Of a DNA stretch of 64,000 nucleotides, positions 43,270-56,670 are shown in pieces. Position 1 is the stretch's first letter. Every line of letters starts with the position of its first letter. This DNA is from Eledone cirrhosa (taxonomy: Eukaryota): contig OZ024749.1 in NCBI GenBank assembly GCA_964016885.1, forward strand, positions 44,702,001 to 44,766,000, in the 5' to 3' direction. The notes beneath the pieces were generated by a model. That model ran no database searches and had not been told where the DNA came from. It saw only the letters and a program-made list of their open reading frames with translations. A program made the translations under genes and the position numbers.

Positions 43270-43455
43270 TGTGGATTGGCAGTATCAGTAGAGGGTCGGA
43301 CGCCATGCTTTCCAGCATAGTTACGTCCCTTTACGATCTGAGTTCAAATCCCGCCGAGGTTGACTTTGCCTTTCATCCTTACGGGGTTGATAAAATAAAG
43401 TACCAGTAATGCACTGGGTAATTGCTGGCCTTGTGCCTAAAGTAGAAACAATTAT
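43270..43455 (+). mobile_element. SINE S1
   Basis: Full-length copy. Confidence 0.9.
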
Positions 43456-43486
43456 TTATGGTAGCTCCAACACTTCTGACAAATAA

Positions 43487-43672
43487 TAATTGTTTCTACT
43501 TTTGGTATAAGGCCAGCAATTACTCTAGTGTATTACTGGTACTTTATTTTATCGACCCCTTAATGAAGAAAGGCAAAGTTAAGCTCAGTGGGATTTGAAC
43601 ACATAACGTAAAGGGCCATAACTCTATGCTGCAAAACATGGTGTGTAACGCTCTACCGATACTGCCAATCCA
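43487..43672 (-). mobile_element. SINE S1
   Basis: Full-length reverse copy, tail to tail with 43270-43455. Confidence 0.9.
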
Positions 43673-43923
43673 TCTTCCTCTGCCATATAGTAATAATAAT
43701 TTTGAGGAATTATTTTAACAAAATATAGGCTGACGACTGCTGCACCACATAAGACTTACCTCGTTCTTAATCTTAAAAAGTCAGACTGATTATACCATAT
43801 TTTCTGTAACAATCGAAGTAAAACACAACCTAATATACACCAGCCACAGCCTCCTTCAACTGTTTCTTTGATTTCATAAAAAAAAATCTGGGTTTAATTT
43901 TACATATCGCTATTTAAAGATAG

Positions 43924-44108
43924 AGGGCGGATTGGCAGTCAGCGTCGGACAACATGCTTTGACGCATAGAGTTACGGCCCTTGCCATTCTGAGTTCAAAT
44001 CCCGCCGAGGTTAACTTTGCCTTTCATCCTTACGGGGGTCGATAAAATAAAGTACCAGTAATGCATTTGGTAATTTGCTGGCCTTGTGCCAAATGCAGAA
44101 ACAATTAT
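43924..44108 (+). mobile_element. SINE S1
   Basis: Near full-length copy with a small head deletion. Confidence 0.9.
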
Positions 44109-45525
44109 TTAAAGATAGATACATAACAGTAGATTGTTGTAGTTATTTCTGTTGTTGTTTGCCCCAAGTCCAGCGTGATCGTGTATACTAATGGTCAAAA
44201 CCCTTCCAGTCGTGAACATCGTAATTGTTTTTATATGATTTGTCCAATGAATATCTTTTATATTCTAAGGCGAAATATGTGATTTAGTTGCTATTTCTAG
44301 CTGTCGAGATACTGAGGTTGATCTAATTTACTATATACCGTCCCAAACATTGTTCCTGTGCTTGCAAATCATTATTTTCATATTTAGACAATATAGAGTG
44401 AATCCGTGACTATATCATCTTCATATACTTTACAGCATGAGAGTCAAACTCTCTTGAAATTAAGTGTATTTTTACCATTTCTCACGTGAGCTGTCGAAAT
44501 CAGCACAGGCTGATAACGACCTTTTTTATATATTGCAGACCTCCTTTTCTCTTAACGGTATTGTGCTGGACTAACGTGAGGTACATAATTACAGCTAAAT
44601 AGACTATGTCATTAGTGACCTAAGTGTTTTTGTTTCATACACATTGCATTACATATGGCAACATCAGAAGCTACCAGGTGTAGAGAATGTATTCCTACAC
44701 AGTAAAGGCTCTAACCGCGACTGAAATTATTCAAGCCAACAGTTATACTTATATAAATACACACAGAATGGCAAGGATAGTGAGAAAAACAAAGAATTGA
44801 GATCAAAATTAAAAGAGAAATAGAAAGAGGAAGGAAAGAATGACAAAAAGGAAAGCAGCAGAAGTGAGAAATACAGAGAGATAGAGAGAGGCGAAGATAG
44901 TATAAAAGAAAGCGAGAAAGTGAGAAAACAGAAAAGAAAAGGAAAGAAATAATATTTGTAAAGCATGTTTAAAATTTTCTATATTTTTTTATTTTATTTT
45001 TCTAATGAACATTATAATTACGTACATGAGATATAATTATATGCAATTATTAACATAATTATATAGTTGTTATGACATTTTCATGATGAAGAAAATATTT
45101 GTCGTAATACCCAGTTGTATGTTGTTGTTTTGTTATTGCTGTTGTTGTTGTTTATGTTCTTACAACTGCTACTAGTGTTATTGGTATTGTTTGACAGACC
45201 TGTGCTCAAAAGTTGTCCAGTAGTTACGATCAATTTATTTTCTAAAACTGTAATATCTATGGTGTTCTTTTTTTATAATGATAAGTTTTTCCTTTGAGTG
45301 AGATATGGCTGCTATTTCTAGAAACCGAATTATCACATATAGGCTTTCCCGTTGTCATCCTGATATAAAGTCTACTCATAAATACAAAAAATAATTTAAG
45401 ATTAAACTGATTCAAACATCTCATCTGCATGTATAGAATGATTTTGATCAGAGATTTAATTAGTAAAGATCTGCCTGTCGCTGAGCATAAACAACAACAA
45501 CAGCAGCAGTAGCAACAGAAACAGC

Positions 45526-45565
<40 letters not shown>

Positions 45566-45889
45566 GGAATGAAGATGAAAACGATGACCATGATAACATA
45601 TGGAGATTGAGTTAAAACTATAGGTGCAAGCGTAACGGAGTGTTTCATACATGACCTTCAAAATCATAAAAGACAAAATTTGGGCATTACGGGGCATTCT
45701 GAGTGACATAGACAATTGAAAAAATAAATATTTCCGCATTATCTTTGAGGTTAATCTTCAAAGACAGCGGCCTAATGAAATCTAGAAGATTTAAGTCATT
45801 CACATACAATAAAGGATTAAATTATTAATATTGTAAAAAAAACAAACATTGTAAAATTTATAACAACTATTGTTATTAACTCATATTTC

Positions 45890-46035
45890 AGGGCGATGGA
45901 TTGATAGTAAAAGTAGAGCGTTCGACAACATCCCCTGTGGCATAGAGTTGCGGTTCTATAAGTTCTGATTTCAAATCCCACCGAAGTTAGCTATACTTTT
46001 TATGCTTAAGGAGTTAATAAAATAGAGTAGCAGTG
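45890..46035 (+). mobile_element. SINE S1, old degenerate copy
   Basis: GCATAGAGTTGCGG..TTCAAATCCCACCGA..AATAAAATAGAGTAGCAGT. Confidence 0.6.
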
Positions 46036-46146
46036 ACGTGCTATTTACAATAACTTATTACTTTACCGGTTTCATAAATTTCAAGGTTTTCAAAAGTAAA
46101 GAGTGATGGAGAAATGTGTGGACACACACACACACACACACCACAC

Positions 46147-46178
<32 letters not shown>

Positions 46179-46266
46179 CTTGGTCTTCATTTTGATAGTT
46201 TAATCTTTTACGTCTGTCTGTTTTATTTGTTCTTTCTATTGCATATGCATGTAAATATATACTTAC

Positions 46267-46391
46267 CTGTATACGTGTGGAGGAGATTGAATAGCAATAG
46301 CAGCACGTGAGCGCATGCGTGCTTTCGGATCATCATTTATAGGTACAAATGGTTCGCAGTTTGGCAGGTAGTCAGAATTGGTGGTCGGCTC
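46267..46391 (-). CDS. Candidate internal coding exon of an unidentified host gene
   Basis: 125 nt open frame [41 protein letters not shown](R), consensus donor CAG|GTAAGT; acceptor AAG is weak. Confidence 0.5.
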
Positions 46392-46414
46392 CTTGTACAA
46401 TATATATATATACA

Positions 46415-46485
<71 letters not shown>

Positions 46486-46488
46486 CAT

Positions 46489-46554
<66 letters not shown>

Positions 46555-46574
46555 ATATACGTATATATATATAT

Positions 46575-46621
<47 letters not shown>

Positions 46622-46684
46622 ATATATATGTATATATATATGTATATATATATATAGGTATATATGTATATATATACATATATG

Positions 46685-46742
<58 letters not shown>

Positions 46743-46755
46743 TATATATATATAA

Positions 46756-46805
<50 letters not shown>

Positions 46806-46881
46806 CACCATCTCCCCTACTAATTTGCAACCACAGAATTACTACTGATTTTTGACAATCACTTTGACCATATATGGAATT

Positions 46882-46975
46882 ACCCCTTGAGAAGATCGGC
46901 TATTTAAATACCAGGATAAATGTTCATTTAGTCCAGAATTAGCCGTCGAAACGGCTTGAGCTCAGCTGTCGGGGT
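46882..46975 (+). ncRNA. Type I hammerhead with U3:A8 core variant (family E)
   Basis: ACCCC-TTGAGAA-GA(T)CGGCTA..TAGCCGTC-GAAA-CGGCT(TGAGCTC)AGCTG-TC-GGGGT; all three stems pair. Confidence 0.7.
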
Positions 46976-47513
46976 CTTACTGGTTCCTATATATATATAT
47001 ATATATATATGGAGGTCGCAGAGGGAGTAGGAAAGTGTGAAGGAAAGGAAAGGAAAGGAAAGGAAAGGGATTGAGAAGAAGAAAGGGGTATGTATACTGT
47101 GTCGTCGAGTCGTCCGTCATGTGACCAGGTTTTCTGCCATGTAAACGACACAAGAACAACAGTCTGTCATTTGCAAGGCCTGTGTAGGTAAGTAAGCAGG
47201 AGGTCGTTCCTGCTTAGAGTTGGAGAGTAAAATTTAAGATGGGAGAAGAAGGCTACAAGGAGTTTCGTTTAGCAAGATGTTAGATGGATGTGTAGTACTG
47301 GAGGGGTTGTAGTGGAGTGGGAAGTTATATATTAGGCCAAGTGCCTCAGGGTCATAGATGTGTGTGTGTTTGTGTAGGTTTCTGTCAAACGCACCTGGGC
47401 TCCTTAACACCAGCCAACCCTAACACGTTAGCTTTGCTCAGGATAGGATATATAAATAAACCAGAAGCTATGCATGCATACACAAATATATATAGCCACA
47501 CACAAACACACAC

Positions 47514-47574
<61 letters not shown>

Positions 47575-47696
47575 CCCATATATCTACATACACACATACA
47601 AACATACATGTATATATGTATAAATCTAGATACTCACAAACACACGGAGGTCTACATATATATACACACGTAGAGAAACATACAGACTCAAACATA

Positions 47697-47728
<32 letters not shown>

Positions 47729-48075
47729 CATACAAAAAAAAATCTACGTTCATAAATATACATAAAACCCTATGTATATAATATTATCATACCTTCATAC
47801 AACAAATTAAACCTATTAACATACGTATTGCGGTGAATATTCTCCTCTTCTATTGTCTGCTCTCAGTGTGTTAAATACTATGATTGCTCTAATGCTGTTC
47901 TTGGTAATCTCCGATTATGAATGGTGGGTTAGTCGGAAACTAGGACACAATCTCTTTGAGTTCAAACATCAGTTCAAGATAAGCCGGCTCAAATTCAGAT
48001 TTTATTATTTCGATGTCAAACACTGCGGCCAACTCGTCCTCCCTCAGTCTTTCTTTCTCTATCTATCTGTCTCTA

Positions 48076-48266
48076 GGGCGGTGGATTGGTAGTATCAGTA
48101 GAGGGTCAGACGCCATACTTTGCAGCACAGTTACGTCCCTTTACGGACTGAGTTCAAATCCCGCCAAGGTTAACTTTGCCTTTCATCCTTACGGGGTCGA
48201 TAAAATAAAGTACCAGTAATGTACTGGGTAATTGCTGGCCTTGTGCCAAAAGTAGAAACAATTATT
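48076..48266 (+). mobile_element. SINE S1
   Basis: Full-length copy. Confidence 0.9.
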
Positions 48267-48611
48267 GCTCACACACAAACACACACAAAGAAGGCTCTTA
48301 CACACAAACAGACAGACACATATATATATTTCACCTATATTCATTCTTATGAATATTTATGCATGCTTGTATTTTGTAAGTATTTTAAATAATCATATCT
48401 CAATAGGAAGACGATACTTTGGTTCGTGGAAACGTTCCCTGGCAAAGAACGGGAAAAAACGAATATAATACGTCATTAATAGGAGCGGTGCGTTTTTTGA
48501 AATATCCACTTCTGCGTTTACAGATTGACTTTGTTAGTTTAAGAAGATCCCGTTAAGGGTGAAAGCAGCGATTCTTTGCTTAAACTTTAATCTGTTATTT
48601 TAATAAATATA

Positions 48612-48879
48612 TAAATATATATATATATATATTTTACCTTCTGTCTTTATCTACTCCTTTGTCTATCTATCTCTAAGTCTATTTCCCAAGCACACATTTA
48701 CATACACAAACGCACAGGCTTACATATATATATATATGTGTGTATGCTTTCGTTTGCGTGTGAGTCTGTGTGGCTGGGTATTGTGTGTGAGTGTGTGTAC
48801 GTGTGTGTGTGTGAGAGAGAGAGGTGGGGAGAGAGTCCCAAGGAACATTCTTCTTAGCTATTGCGGTACAATATCCCAA
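48612..48879 (-). repeat. Inverted duplicate of 52658-52920
   Basis: Near-identical reverse complement; ORFs 48679..48879(-) and the end of 52056..52859(+) give almost the same peptide. Confidence 0.95.
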
Positions 48880-50590
48880 GCAGCATATCCTATGCAGGCG
48901 ACATAGCTAACCTATTCATGGTATGGTGGGACAGTAAACTTAAACTTAAACTTAAAGAACAATTAGAAGACCCCTTAACCCTGATAATATACTCCCGCTA
49001 CGTTGATGATATAAACATCGTAGTTAAAACACCCCCACTGGAGAACAGTCAGGAATTAGAGAAAAACACAATGGAAAGCATCTAGAAAATACCTAACTCC
49101 ATCCACCAGAGTATTAGAGTTACTATAGACTACCCAAGCAAACACCCCAACCATTGATTACCTGTACTAGACACAGAGCTCTGGTTAGATACCATTAATA
49201 ACAAAAAACAAATCCTCCATTCCCATTATGCCAAACCCATGACTTCCAAATATCTGATCCACCGAAACTCAGCTGTTTCGGACCATACCGAAATCAACAT
49301 ACTGATTGCGGATTTGGTACGGGTGATGAGAAACGTGTCCCGCATGTGCAACCCCGAAAAACTAGAGAGACACATACAACACTTCATCCACCGTATGCAG
49401 TTCTCTGGTTACAATCAGAGAGATAAAATCAGAGTGTATAGAGGAGCCAGAACCAAATGGGAAAAAATGGTAAATAATGACACAAATGGGACCTGCCCCT
49501 TGTACAGGAGAAAATTTTGGAATAGAATAGAAAGAACTAGGAATAAGGCTAATAGAATAAACTCATGGTATGATAGCAATAAATACCAGAGTGTAATGTT
49601 CATCGATACAACCCCAAGAGGTGAATTAGCTTACAAATTTAGAAGGGCCCTAGATAAACATAAACTCAATATTAAGATAGTAGAAAGACCAGGTACCTCC
49701 ATAAAAACACTTATTAGCAAGACATACCCTTTTCAAAGACCTTCCTGTATAGATAAGAAATGTATAACCTGTAAATTGAGCCCCCATATTAACTGTAAAA
49801 CTAGAAATGTAGAATATAGCATAAGATGTACTGAAGGACAATGTAGAGATAAAACTATAGTGTACATAGGTGAGACAGCTCGTAGTATAGGGGAACGGAT
49901 AAATGAACACTGGCGAGACCTTCAATATAGTAAAGAATCATCTGTACTCTACCAACATGCTAAAATAGAACATAAGGGTAAATTAGAGAACATAGAAATA
50001 AAAATAGAATCTACACACAGAAAAGACGCAATGTTTAGACAAATCACAGAGGCAATAAACATAAATGAATTACAACCAAAATTAAATAGAAAACATGAGT
50101 GGAACAGCAACATCACAACTTACAATTAAGGACAAAATGAAAACACACACGCACATAGAACAAACAACCAACCAGTAACATGTAAATAAACAAATAAATA
50201 AACGAATATAAACACACACAGACACCCGGATGTAACACATGCGCAAACTAAGCACACAACACACACAGAAAAACAAGATGGCGTAGGACAGAACAAAGGA
50301 GATGCACAAAAAACAAAGAAAAGAATCCCCAGTCACTGAAGAGATCACCGAAAGTGTGACGAAAGAACCTTGACAATATATAAACAACCATCTGGTTGTG
50401 GAACCAACCAACCAACCAACCGGAAATTTATAAATTCCTAAATTTATAAATTTATTATAAGAAAATTGAAGTGAAAGCACTGGTTGTGTGTTTCTTATTG
50501 GCAACATGACCCTCCCAAAGTATAACAATATCGGTTTCAACACACGTTTTCAGATAAAGAATCTTGCTAAACAAATTCAGAAACGAAATA
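48880..50590 (+). mobile_element. 5'-truncated Penelope-like element (family D)
   Basis: RT end plus GIY-YIG frame followed by a 3' terminal repeat with CTGAAGA..GAAA at 50336-50364; ends in (TA)n. Confidence 0.92.
48882..50129 (+). pseudogene. Penelope RT C-terminus and GIY-YIG endonuclease
   Basis: One frame: RYVDDI, LPVLD, C..C..C linker, NVEYSIRC..VYIGETARSIGERINEH, RQITEAINI..PKLN; in-frame stops at 49083 and 49155. Confidence 0.9.
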
Positions 50591-50885
50591 TATATATAAT
50601 ATTTTTTCTCCTTCGGATAAGCCCTAACGTACAGTACTCTCCCTTCTTTGTAAGTTGATGCACTCGGGACACTTTTTCATCTTTATTTGTATAATTCGCC
50701 GAAAGACATAAATTGGGCTGTCTTTGTCTCTACCTGTTTTGTTATGTTTCAATCTGCACTGGAATGAACAGTATCAAACCTAATGCACCGAATCTGTAGT
50801 GATTTTTAAAAGTTGATTGAGGAAATGGGACTGTCCATTTTTCCATTGTCCTTTCCATTGTCTTTTTCTTGTGTGTCCACTCTTA

Positions 50886-50949
<64 letters not shown>

Positions 50950-51012
50950 TAGATATATCGATATATAAATAGAAACAATAAAGGGGAAGATATATATCTA
51001 TAGGTAGATACG

Positions 51013-51043
<31 letters not shown>

Positions 51044-51113
51044 TTTAGTTGCTTTCTTGTACGAAATATATCCACGCTGCTAGTGCTAGTCATCTCTCTC
51101 TCTCTCTATATAT

Positions 51114-51162
<49 letters not shown>

Positions 51163-51552
51163 GATATATTTCATATAAAATGAAGGCAACTAAACAACAT
51201 CTAGAACAAAGAACAATATACAAAGATAACAAAGATTAAAAAAAAACTATAGTCCCATGGGAAGATAAAGTTGATGCTTGATACACGAGAAACAAAATAT
51301 AACAGAAAACTAAATACTAAAACAACAACAACAGTAAAAACAAATCAACAAGAAAAGCAACAGCAGTGAAAACCTAAAGAATATTAACAATATGAAATAA
51401 TAAGTAATGCTACTTGTTTCAAAACACATCAAGAATAGCGTGCTATTCGTACATGTATAAAAACCTTTAAACACAAACTAGCTTCCATGATGTGGTTCCT
51501 AGGGGAACGAGCTTCTCTTCTATACTGTTTAGCAATACTCTATTGCCAAGAC

Positions 51553-51599
<47 letters not shown>

Positions 51600-51726
51600 A
51601 GTGTGTATGTGTACGTCTCTCTGAGTGCATGTATCTACGTATAAGTATATATATGTCCATTACATACATATATACGTATATATATATACACATCTATATA
51701 TAGATAGATACACACACACACACACC

Positions 51727-51774
<48 letters not shown>

Positions 51775-51885
51775 CCCCCCCCCCCCACACACACACATAT
51801 ATATATATATGTACGTGCGTATAAGGTTTTTCTGCCTATGCATATTTTCACCCTCATATATATTTGTTGATTATACTAATTTCGC

Positions 51886-51932
<47 letters not shown>

Positions 51933-52116
51933 GTGATTTTGTTGCAGTTGTTTTCGTTCTTCGATTATTTTGTGTGCCGAGTGCACTCCCTTGTGTCTCC
52001 TGAGCCTCTCTGCTTTTCAATGCTTTTCAATGCTTCTCAGATGACAATCTTTTGATTGTCACATACAAAGGAAAGAATAGATACATGCATACATATATAC
52101 ATACATATATACGCAC

Positions 52117-52147
<31 letters not shown>

Positions 52148-52153
52148 CATATA

Positions 52154-52277
<124 letters not shown>

Positions 52278-52476
52278 CATACACACAAACACACATACAC
52301 AAATGGATACATGCTCACACACATGCATTCATGCACAGACATGCATACATGCATAGAAACACACACACACACACACACACACATTGGCAGACTCTTTGCA
52401 CAACAAAAGATGCTTTTTGTTAATGTTTTTCTTCTACGTCTCATTACTGTTACTACTACCACTACTACTACTACTA

Positions 52477-52532
<56 letters not shown>

Positions 52533-52902
52533 GCTACTGCTGCTGCTGCTGCTGCTGCTGCCGCTACTGTTGTTGCTGCTGATATTTCTGATCCTGTGCC
52601 TCTGACGGTGGTTTGTTGCATTTACCAAACAACATCTGTTGATCTATATGTGGTGTATTTGGGATATTGTACCGCAATAGCTAAGAAGAATGTTCCTTGG
52701 GACTCTCTCCCCCCCTCTCTCTCTCCCACACACACACGTACACACACTCACACACAATACCCAGCCACACAGATTCACACGCAAACGAAAGCATACACAC
52801 ACATATATATATATGTAAGCCTGTGCGTTTGTGTATGTAAATGTGTGCTTGGGAAATAGACTTAGAGATAGATAGACAAAGGGGTAGATAGAGACAGAAG
52901 GT

Positions 52903-52977
<75 letters not shown>

Positions 52978-52979
<2 letters not shown>

Positions 52980-53048
52980 CGTTTCTGAATTGAAAGCAAC
53001 TGGTGCATGTGTTTCTTATTGGCAACATGACCCTTCCAAGTATAACTA
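52978..53048. mobile_element. Family D terminal fragments in opposite orientations
   Basis: TTTCGTTTCTGAATT (reverse of 50574-50588) joined to GAAAGCAACTGG..TTCTTATTGGCAACATGACCC. Confidence 0.8.
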
Positions 53049-53070
53049 TATTTATATATATATATATATA

Positions 53071-53312
53071 TATTGAAAGGATAACAAGGACGATTGGTTA
53101 CTCCTTCATAAAATTTATTGGTAGGTGACGCGCGTTTCGCCACTCTATAATCGGCAGCTCGTAGCATTTTAAAGGGTCCGTCGAGCTGCCGATTATAGAG
53201 TCGGGTAAGATCGATACAGATCGAACCTTGAGCTGATCAGTGGCGAAACCCGCGTCACCTACCAATAAATGTAATGAAGGAGTAACCAATCGTCCTTGTT
53301 ATCCTTTCAATA
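53071..53312. mobile_element. Nested fold-back element (family J) with hammerhead 3' half
   Basis: Outer arms 53071-53144 and 53239-53312, inner arms 53142-53161 and 53182-53201; GAAACGCGCGTC motif; relative at 63220-63275. Confidence 0.75.
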
Positions 53313-53407
53313 TATTACACACTGTATAGGTCTACATCTCAACACAGAAGTGAACCTAAACAACGAATGCTCACCCGGGTGAACTTGCAGTAAGTCCAAG
53401 TTACACT

Positions 53408-53484
<77 letters not shown>

Positions 53485-53487
53485 TGT

Positions 53488-53620
53488 GTAAAAGTTTCGG
53501 ACGCTAGTCCTTCAACAGAAGAAAGAATGAGAAATAAGATAGATAGAAGGGACGAGTTGGTTGGAATTGAATAAAATGTCTTTAGATAAAAATAAAAGGT
53601 CCATTCATGTTGACATCTCT
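53488..53620 (-). mobile_element. Family G copy with mutated, truncated hammerhead
   Basis: CTGTTGAAGGACTAGCGTCCGAAAC on the minus strand; matches 32238-32362. Confidence 0.8.
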
Positions 53621-54648
53621 TGTGTGTGTGTGTTCATTAATTCACCTGTACGATCCGTTATGCGGTTAATAACCCAAGAAGATACTCCATGACAAATGTT
53701 TGAACAATTATAAAAAAATTATTTGGAGTGGCGAGAAATAAACATATCCTTAATAGTAAAAAAGAACATAAAATGAATGCCCCAACTCGTTCCCGCAAAA
53801 TAAAATAAAATAAAATAAAATAAACATTAAATAAAAGAATGACGACGAAAGTAAATTTCTGCAAACATCTGATTGGAGAGTCAATTCCTTTTAATGTTGT
53901 TATACAGGATATATCAGAAATGACAACAAGAGCGTGAAATCCATATAGCAAGATTAAGTAACCCAATAGGGAAATGCCAATGAAAATAGGGGCTGAATTT
54001 CACGTACCTGACTCATTGAGTAATGTCAACCTTTCTTTAATTTTTCTCTTTTTCTTTCTTCAAATAAATATATATATACTTGACCCACACCTATTTCTAA
54101 ATAGTTTAATAAACGTTTGCTGAGTGTGAACTATTTCGATATTTCAAACTTGTTTTAAGGTTTGACACCTCAAACTTCCTACCTGTTCGTGTTAGTCCTT
54201 AAGCAGTGGATCTTGAACAGTTTACGAAGTAATATCAATTTAGTGATCTCTCTGATCTCACAGAAACTTTGAAGGATATGAGCACTGTTCCTTTCCCCAG
54301 ACCTCCAAGTGAAATACTTCTCAAATATTCTATTATTTTTCAAACATTATATCGTAAATATCTAGTGGACTAACATAATTTGTCTGTTAAAAATCTTTAA
54401 AAAAGCAACATATATAGCATATTTTGCACCCGGATGCAAGATAGTATGTAAGACAAACGTTTGCTTATCTGTATTGGAAGTAGTAAAAGAGTTCATGAGA
54501 GAGAATAACATGATGAGGGATATTATACTTATAAGGATATTATAATTAACGAGATACGTGGCGAGAGGAATCCCTGTAGCCCAATGGAAGTTAGAATATT
54601 ACTGCAATATATATATATATATATATATATGTTGTCGTGGGGTGATAT

Positions 54649-54679
<31 letters not shown>

Positions 54680-54905
54680 GGGATAACAGATTATTGTTAT
54701 AGGTAGTCCATTTAGGTGTAGTCCAGTTAGGGTACTCCGAGTAGTGGATGATATCAACGCTTCGCTAAGTTTGACTCAACAAGGCGTTTCCATAGTGATG
54801 CTGCGAGTACGCGGTGATTTCTATGTTGTTAACATTTGGAGTAATGATAAATAAGCAAAGAAGCGTGACACGGTTTGCTCTACAAAAAAGGTTTTTAATC
54901 TCATT

Positions 54906-55011
54906 GCTGACAATTGTTTCTCTGAACTGGTATGTCTAGAGATCGCTACTCGCTTGTTTTCGCGTCATTCGATCACCAATACATAGTTGTAACCAGTCAA
55001 TTCATCAGAGC
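54906..55011 (-). ncRNA. Type I hammerhead with extended stem II (family H)
   Basis: GCT-CTGATGA-..GACTGGT..ACCAGTT..-GAAA-CAATTG-TC-AGC. Confidence 0.65.
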
Positions 55012-55390
55012 TATATATATATAAATATTATCTAGATTATTTTATATGATGAGCCGCAAAGGAAAGAGTATTAGAATCCGAATATTTGTAGTGGAGGAAA
55101 TAGAAGCTGATTCTAGCTGTAGAAGCTTTGTAGATGTTGGACCTGTGCCAGCAAATCTTACAGTAAAAGGAACCACAGCATTCATATATTTCTTTCCCTG
55201 AGAATGTCCTTCATCACGCTTCTTTTCATTTAAGTTAAAAAAATACAACAGAAAAAAATCACCGATACAGCACACACAAACGTATATATGTACAAATCAA
55301 GTTGTTTTATATATATACGTATACACACATATGTCTCTCTCTCTCTCACTCTCTCTCTCTCACTCTCTCTTATATATATATATATATATA

Positions 55391-55629
55391 TATTGTTATA
55401 CTTTGGGAGGGTCATGTTGCCAATAAGAAACACACGCAAATGTTTAGCCTGGTAAATGAATTCATTTACCAGGCTAAAATTGTTCATTTAGTCCAAAATT
55501 AGCCGTCGAAACGGCTTGAGCTCAGCCGTCGGGGTCCTACTTGTTCCTATTACCCACTCTACTACCCCAAGTATTGAGTAATTTGGTGCATTTTGGTCCA
55601 TCTGGTTCCTTACCACATTTCCTTCGTTA
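55391..55629. mobile_element. Fused family D and family E fragments
   Basis: 55391-55438 is family D (minus), 55443-55478 a perfect 36 bp palindrome, 55461-55629 family E (plus); (TA)n on both sides. Confidence 0.85.
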
Positions 55630-55932
55630 TATATATATATATAGTTACCTTTTTATTCTTATTATTATTAAATTTGCATATGTGAGAATGTTTTATCTCT
55701 GCATGATAGAAAAAGACAGAGAATGTATATGAATCTATCTATATCACATATATTAGAATGCTCTATATTTGCTAATATACGGTCTTACATGTGTGTATAT
55801 ATATTATACGATATTTGAGTGCTTTATATTTATTAAATATATATTTGTATTTATATTTCAGCCAGCTGAGAATATTTCAATATGTAAGTCAATGTTTAAT
55901 TTCCTATATTTTTAAAATATATATTATGTACT

Positions 55933-56216
55933 TAAAATCGTAACTCCACCCTCGTAGAGGCCTTCCGAGTGGTCGTTTCCGCTCGCGCGGGTACCACTCG
56001 GCAACTGCGCGGGTCCACCGATTATTGGTGAACCGGGCGACGTGTCCAGCCCATCTGAAATTGCTTCGCATATATTCCGTGATGACGTCCCTCACGCCGG
56101 ACTTCTGGGAATACATGGATGAGGAAAGCACGATCCAGAGAGGAATGGACGGCGTGCTGTGACCAGCGACGCTGAATGGACGCCCGACAGACTGGTCGGT
56201 CAAGGTGATCACGGTG
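55933..56216. mobile_element. RTE LINE 3' fragment (family R2) with 5' inversion
   Basis: Minus segment FRWAGHVAR..RWT..EWYPR..RPLGRP; plus segment GNTWMRKARSREEW; 12 bp target duplication ATATTATGTACT. Confidence 0.85.
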
Positions 56217-56289
56217 ATATTATGTACTGTTTTATTCCTTTTCTTGTCTTTCTCTTTTTCTAGTAGTTTATTTCATTAACGTTTTATTT

Positions 56290-56422
56290 TGTATATCATG
56301 ACTCATACACTGTTCGTTCATTTCCTGACATTTGTACATTATTCTATGTACTATACATGCACATTTGATGGGTTGTAGTGCACCTGAGCACTGTACACAA
56401 TAATTTCATTATTATTATTATT
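56290..56422 (+). mobile_element. Probable LINE 3' UTR ending in (ATT)n
   Basis: GTGCACCTGAGCAC stem-loop then CAATAATTTC(ATT)n. Confidence 0.35.
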
Positions 56423-56487
56423 TACCTTATTTTTACATATTTCCTAATTTTAAAACAATGAGATCCCACACGAAACTCTAATGTACA

Positions 56488-56670
56488 TAATTGTTTCTAC
56501 TTTTGGCACAAGGCCAGCAATTATCCCAGTACATTACTGGTACTTTATTTTATCGAATCCCGTAAGGATGAAAGGCAAAGTTAACCTCGGCGGGATTTGA
56601 ACTCAGACAATAAAGGGTCGTAACACTTTGCTGCAAAGCATGGCGTCCGACCCTCTACCGATACTGCCAA
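56488..56670 (-). mobile_element. SINE S1
   Basis: Near full-length reverse copy. Confidence 0.9.

Noticed and set aside
55042-55275. 77 aa minus-strand ORF as a further host exon
   Set aside because: No strong donor in a compatible position and no recognisable homology.
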